Source of the DNA: a virus
Lineage: Duplodnaviria; Caudoviricetes
IMG/VR virus record: IMGVR_UViG_3300032225_000322
Coordinates: 1 to 27,310 of that record
Length of the DNA: 27,310 nucleotides
Reading direction: 5' to 3' (one strand)
Shown: positions 24,794-27,310 of the stretch, one piece after another
How positions within the stretch are numbered: position 1 is the first letter of the stretch
Layout of the letters: each line of letters begins with the position of its first letter
Notes under the pieces: model-generated
What the model saw: only the letters and a program-made list of their open reading frames with translations
Databases searched by the model: none
Told to the model about the DNA's origin: nothing
Program-made: the position numbers and the translations under genes

Positions 24794-25395
24794 GCACGGG
24801 TCTTTCCACGGATTGCGCAGCCATCAGCACGTTTAGAAGCAGAAGAACGGACTGAACCACCAGCTTTCATGCCTTTAGCTTTTTCAGAAGCTTTAGCCGC
24901 TTTCATCCGTGGAGATAAATTCTCGCCAGATTCTTTCATTTTTGCCTGGGTTGCTTTATATCTAGCTTCTTGATCTCTACCTTCTTGACCAATTTGATCC
25001 ATAGATTTTTTAATAAATGAAGAAACCCCTTCATTTGCTTTAGCTTGACCTCTTGGAAGACTACGCTCTTTTGGCTCTTCTTTAGTTGTTGCAGGGGCTG
25101 AACCACCTTTAAATGGTGATGAGCTATTTTTAAATGCGGTCGGGCTGTCTTTAAATGCGGATGATTTAGGGGCAGTTTTTGGCTCTTCTTTAGGGGTCGG
25201 CGCTTCTGCTTTAGGTGTTAACTTAGCGGCAGTCTTTTTAGGAACTGCGGGTTCGTCTGAACTGCCTTTTTCCATAGCCGCCATTGCTTTAGCACGAGTT
25301 TCATCACTGATGCTTTTGTTTTCACCTTGTTTAGTTTCAAACTCTACTTCAGAGCCATCTTCGCCGTTATATCGCTTCATTTTCTTTTTCATCAT
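24790..25395 (-). CDS. Lys-rich, probably disordered protein
   Basis: 201 aa; C-terminal MKAGGSV...RADGCAIRGKTRA; ATGA overlaps at both ends. Confidence 0.8.
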   Translation of the reverse strand: MMKKKMKRYNGEDGSEVEFETKQGENKSISDETRAKAMAAMEKGSSDEPAVPKKTAAKLTPKAEAPTPKEEPKTAPKSSAFKDSPTAFKNSSSPFKGGSAPATTKEEPKERSLPRGQAKANEGVSSFIKKSMDQIGQEGRDQEARYKATQAKMKESGENLSPRMKAAKASEKAKGMKAGGSVRSSASKRADGCAIRGKTRA

Positions 25396-25769
25396 TTTTT
25401 TCCTTTAGACATACCACCAACACACATTTTAACTTCTTTACCTTTAGTCAAACCTTTTTTAGCAATACCATTAGCAGACTTATGACCAGCAGCAAGACCA
25501 CCTTTTTTCAAAGTTAGCTTAGTGCCCTTACCGCCTTTGTGTTCTTGGGCATCGTGCTGTTTCATGGCTTTTTTAATCATGGCCTTATCTTGCGCTTTGT
25601 CCATCTTCATATTTTCTTTCATAGCTCCACCTTCTTTAAATTTTTTGCCTTTGTCGGCAGTGTTAAAATCTTTGCCCACAGACTGTGGAACTCCTACCTT
25701 CTTAGCAAATGCAGGGTTATGTGCAATTGCCGCCATAAAATTATGTTGTTTTTTACTTGTTGATGGCAT
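25392..25769 (-). CDS. Small Lys-rich protein
   Basis: 125 aa; MPSTSKKQHNFMAAIAHNPAFAKKVGVPQSVG, three xxxGG motifs and ANGIAKKGLTKG; RBS AGGGAG. Confidence 0.8.
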   Translation of the reverse strand: MPSTSKKQHNFMAAIAHNPAFAKKVGVPQSVGKDFNTADKGKKFKEGGAMKENMKMDKAQDKAMIKKAMKQHDAQEHKGGKGTKLTLKKGGLAAGHKSANGIAKKGLTKGKEVKMCVGGMSKGKK

Positions 25770-25956
25770 TTTTATTTCTCCCTAACCAGCCTTGTACTGT
25801 CTTGGTCTCGTAGATGCGGATAGCTGTCCAGACTATCGTAAAAATAGCGGCAATAGCTGGTAACATATCTGCAAGGGTTCCTAGTACTGTGGCAATCGAA
25901 GCAAAATCAATGATATGTTTTGTTGCTTCGTCCATATTATAAAATGGGTCGTTCAT
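25753..25956 (-). CDS. Small membrane protein (holin-like topology)
   Basis: Hydrophobic segments IIDFASIATVLGTL and LPAIAAIFTIVWTAI, basic tail; start placed at 25956 by the TAATG overlap with the upstream stop. Confidence 0.65.
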   Translation of the reverse strand: MNDPFYNMDEATKHIIDFASIATVLGTLADMLPAIAAIFTIVWTAIRIYETKTVQGWLGRNKNAINK

Positions 25957-26216
25957 TAGCATTTCCACCTTTTCAAACTAGCTGCCTTACGAGTAGGCTT
26001 ACCATTCTCGTCTTTCATCGGTCCTGGCATACCTGACATCCTAGCGCAAAACGATTTTTTACGGGGGCCACCTTCGGGTTGCGGAGCTTTTAAATGCGAG
26101 CCAGTAGCTGCATTATACTTAGCACGACCTTTGGCGGTAAGCCCAGCGCCCTTAGATGCAGGCAACTTTTCACCACGGCCAATCGCAAGGGAGGGACCTT
26201 TTTTCTTGGTAGCCAT
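25956..26216 (-). CDS. Small basic conserved phage protein (DUF6321-like)
   Basis: GLTAKGRAKYN...LKAP...RKKSFCARMSG...SLKRWKC motif series. Confidence 0.75.
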   Translation of the reverse strand: MATKKKGPSLAIGRGEKLPASKGAGLTAKGRAKYNAATGSHLKAPQPEGGPRKKSFCARMSGMPGPMKDENGKPTRKAASLKRWKC

Positions 26217-26974
26217 TATGCAGCATCCTTTTTTGACTCAATAGACTTCATCAACGGGTACAGATAGTCTTCACCAAATGCACCAGCAAACTCTTCCATG
26301 CCCATATGACCTAGCTTAATCGTCGGGTCAATCCAAACTTCAAAACCCAGCTCCCTAGCACGGTCACAAAACAAAAAGTCTTCGCCAATGTATGTACCAT
26401 CTTTTAACGCAAAATCAAAGAAAGCAGTGATCTCATCTCCAACTTTTTTCTCGTCATGGTAACGCCACTCAGGATGAGCTTCATATAGTTTCTCAAATAC
26501 TTCACGACGAATAATCATAAAGGCTGTAGCCACACGCTTGGCTTTAACCAGGCCCATGTAGTTCATCAAAATGTTTTCATCTTCGTCAGTATCTAACGTA
26601 GAGATATAAGTCTTACCTTTTTTACGGGCAACGGGAATGCCTGCAACAATACCTTTTTTAGGGTCACTATTCCACGCCATCAAACGGAAAATATCTTCAG
26701 CTTCAAAGTTAATATCCGAATCAATAAACATAAGGTCGGTACAATCTGAATCTAAGAAGTCTTTAGAAATCAAGTTGCGGACACGAGAAACAACAGAACA
26801 CCCAGAGATATTGCAAATCTGGATGTCAACACCATGCTGCATAGCACGAGTGCAAAAAGAAGCCAGCGATATAGCCAGCTTTGCAGTTACTTTAAAGTCG
26901 TAAGTTGGAAGACCAATCATAATCTTCCGCCCTACTAAATTATACGAACCCTGCGCTTGAGTCGTTTCTGACAT
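26216..26974 (-). CDS. GT-A fold glycosyltransferase-like protein
   Basis: IMIGLPTY, SVVSRVRN, LMFIDSD (DxD), ATAFMIIRREVF and GEDFLFCDR...VWIDPTIKLGH motifs. Confidence 0.85.
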   Translation of the reverse strand: MSETTQAQGSYNLVGRKIMIGLPTYDFKVTAKLAISLASFCTRAMQHGVDIQICNISGCSVVSRVRNLISKDFLDSDCTDLMFIDSDINFEAEDIFRLMAWNSDPKKGIVAGIPVARKKGKTYISTLDTDEDENILMNYMGLVKAKRVATAFMIIRREVFEKLYEAHPEWRYHDEKKVGDEITAFFDFALKDGTYIGEDFLFCDRARELGFEVWIDPTIKLGHMGMEEFAGAFGEDYLYPLMKSIESKKDAA

Positions 26975-26977
26975 TTT

Positions 26978-27310
26978 TTACCCGTAGAAAATATTTACTG
27001 CGGTTAAGTTTGATATATAACCATACACGCCAGTATCAGCTTTTACGCCTTCGCCAGGAATTAACGGAGAATTATTGTAAGAATCTCCAGCAGCTATATC
27101 ATATGTCATCAACAATTTACCAGTTGAATATACAAGCGTTGGTGAGGCGCTAATAGTTCCGCTATTAATATCAGTTACAGTAAAAGTATTTGCGTTTGTA
27201 ACCGTAACTGCATAGTTTCCATTAGTAGCTGTACCGCCTGTACCTGCAGCAAAGTCAATGCCAATAACTTGTCCAGTTGTCAAACCGTGCGCTGTAGAGC
27301 TAATAGTAAC
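26978..27310 (-). CDS. Beta-rich virion decoration protein (5' end beyond window), with FCCH-like module
   Basis: Frame stays open past the track's TTG start (27283) to the window edge: VTISSTAHGLTTGQVIGIDF...NGNYAVTVTNANTFTV, then a C-terminal PGEGV...VNIFYG. Confidence 0.75.
   Translation of the reverse strand, partial: VTISSTAHGLTTGQVIGIDFAAGTGGTATNGNYAVTVTNANTFTVTDINSGTISASPTLVYSTGKLLMTYDIAAGDSYNNSPLIPGEGVKADTGVYGYISNLTAVNIFYG

Noticed and set aside
25957-25968. Track start at 25968 for the small membrane protein
   Set aside because: The ATG at 25956 forms a TAATG coupling with the upstream stop, the pattern used repeatedly in this operon.
1019-26903. All plus-strand ORFs in the track (e.g. 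1019-1204, 2484-2807, 24471-24836, 26637-26903)
   Set aside because: Each lies antisense to convincing minus-strand genes, has no recognisable motif, and shows the composition expected of antisense shadows.
26978-27310. FCCH-like module as evidence of a ubiquitin-activating enzyme
   Set aside because: This small beta module is common in phage structural proteins, and no adenylation domain is visible in the part inside the window.
1-27310. Stop-codon reassignment, RNA genes, intrinsic terminators
   Set aside because: TAA, TAG (10712, 23068) and TGA (5165) all end genes with tight packing under the standard code. No intergenic space is large enough for an RNA gene, and I saw no convincing hairpin plus U-tract.

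Overview
A 27.3-kb, low-GC (roughly 40%) piece of a tailed dsDNA phage genome containing the virion morphogenesis module. Genes are densely packed, often translationally coupled, and all on the minus strand. In transcription order (right to left): a beta-rich decoration protein (partial), a GT-A glycosyltransferase, a cluster of small Lys-rich proteins, neck/adaptor proteins, tail/fibre proteins, two paralogous triple-LamG lectin proteins, a tail fibre with a Peptidase-S74 chaperone, a lysis cassette (GTA-type holin plus GH19 endolysin), a P22-gp10-like tail hub, ejection/internal virion proteins with a GNAT-like gene, and the 5' 705 codons of a giant polyvalent protein with an ADP-ribosyltransferase domain (missing from the supplied ORF track). 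The gene order suggests a short-tailed podovirus-type phage of a Gram-negative host (inference). Most notable: (1) a small gene with its own RBS and a local GC jump, overprinted in the +1 frame inside the polyvalent protein just upstream of the ART domain, a candidate nested immunity/inhibitor; (2) an [MFYL]-x-x-G-G motif repeated across otherwise unrelated internal virion proteins, a candidate capsid-targeting or maturation-cleavage code; (3) exact DNA identity in a linker shared by the two LamG genes, consistent with domain shuffling. All family assignments come from motif recognition; no database searches were run.
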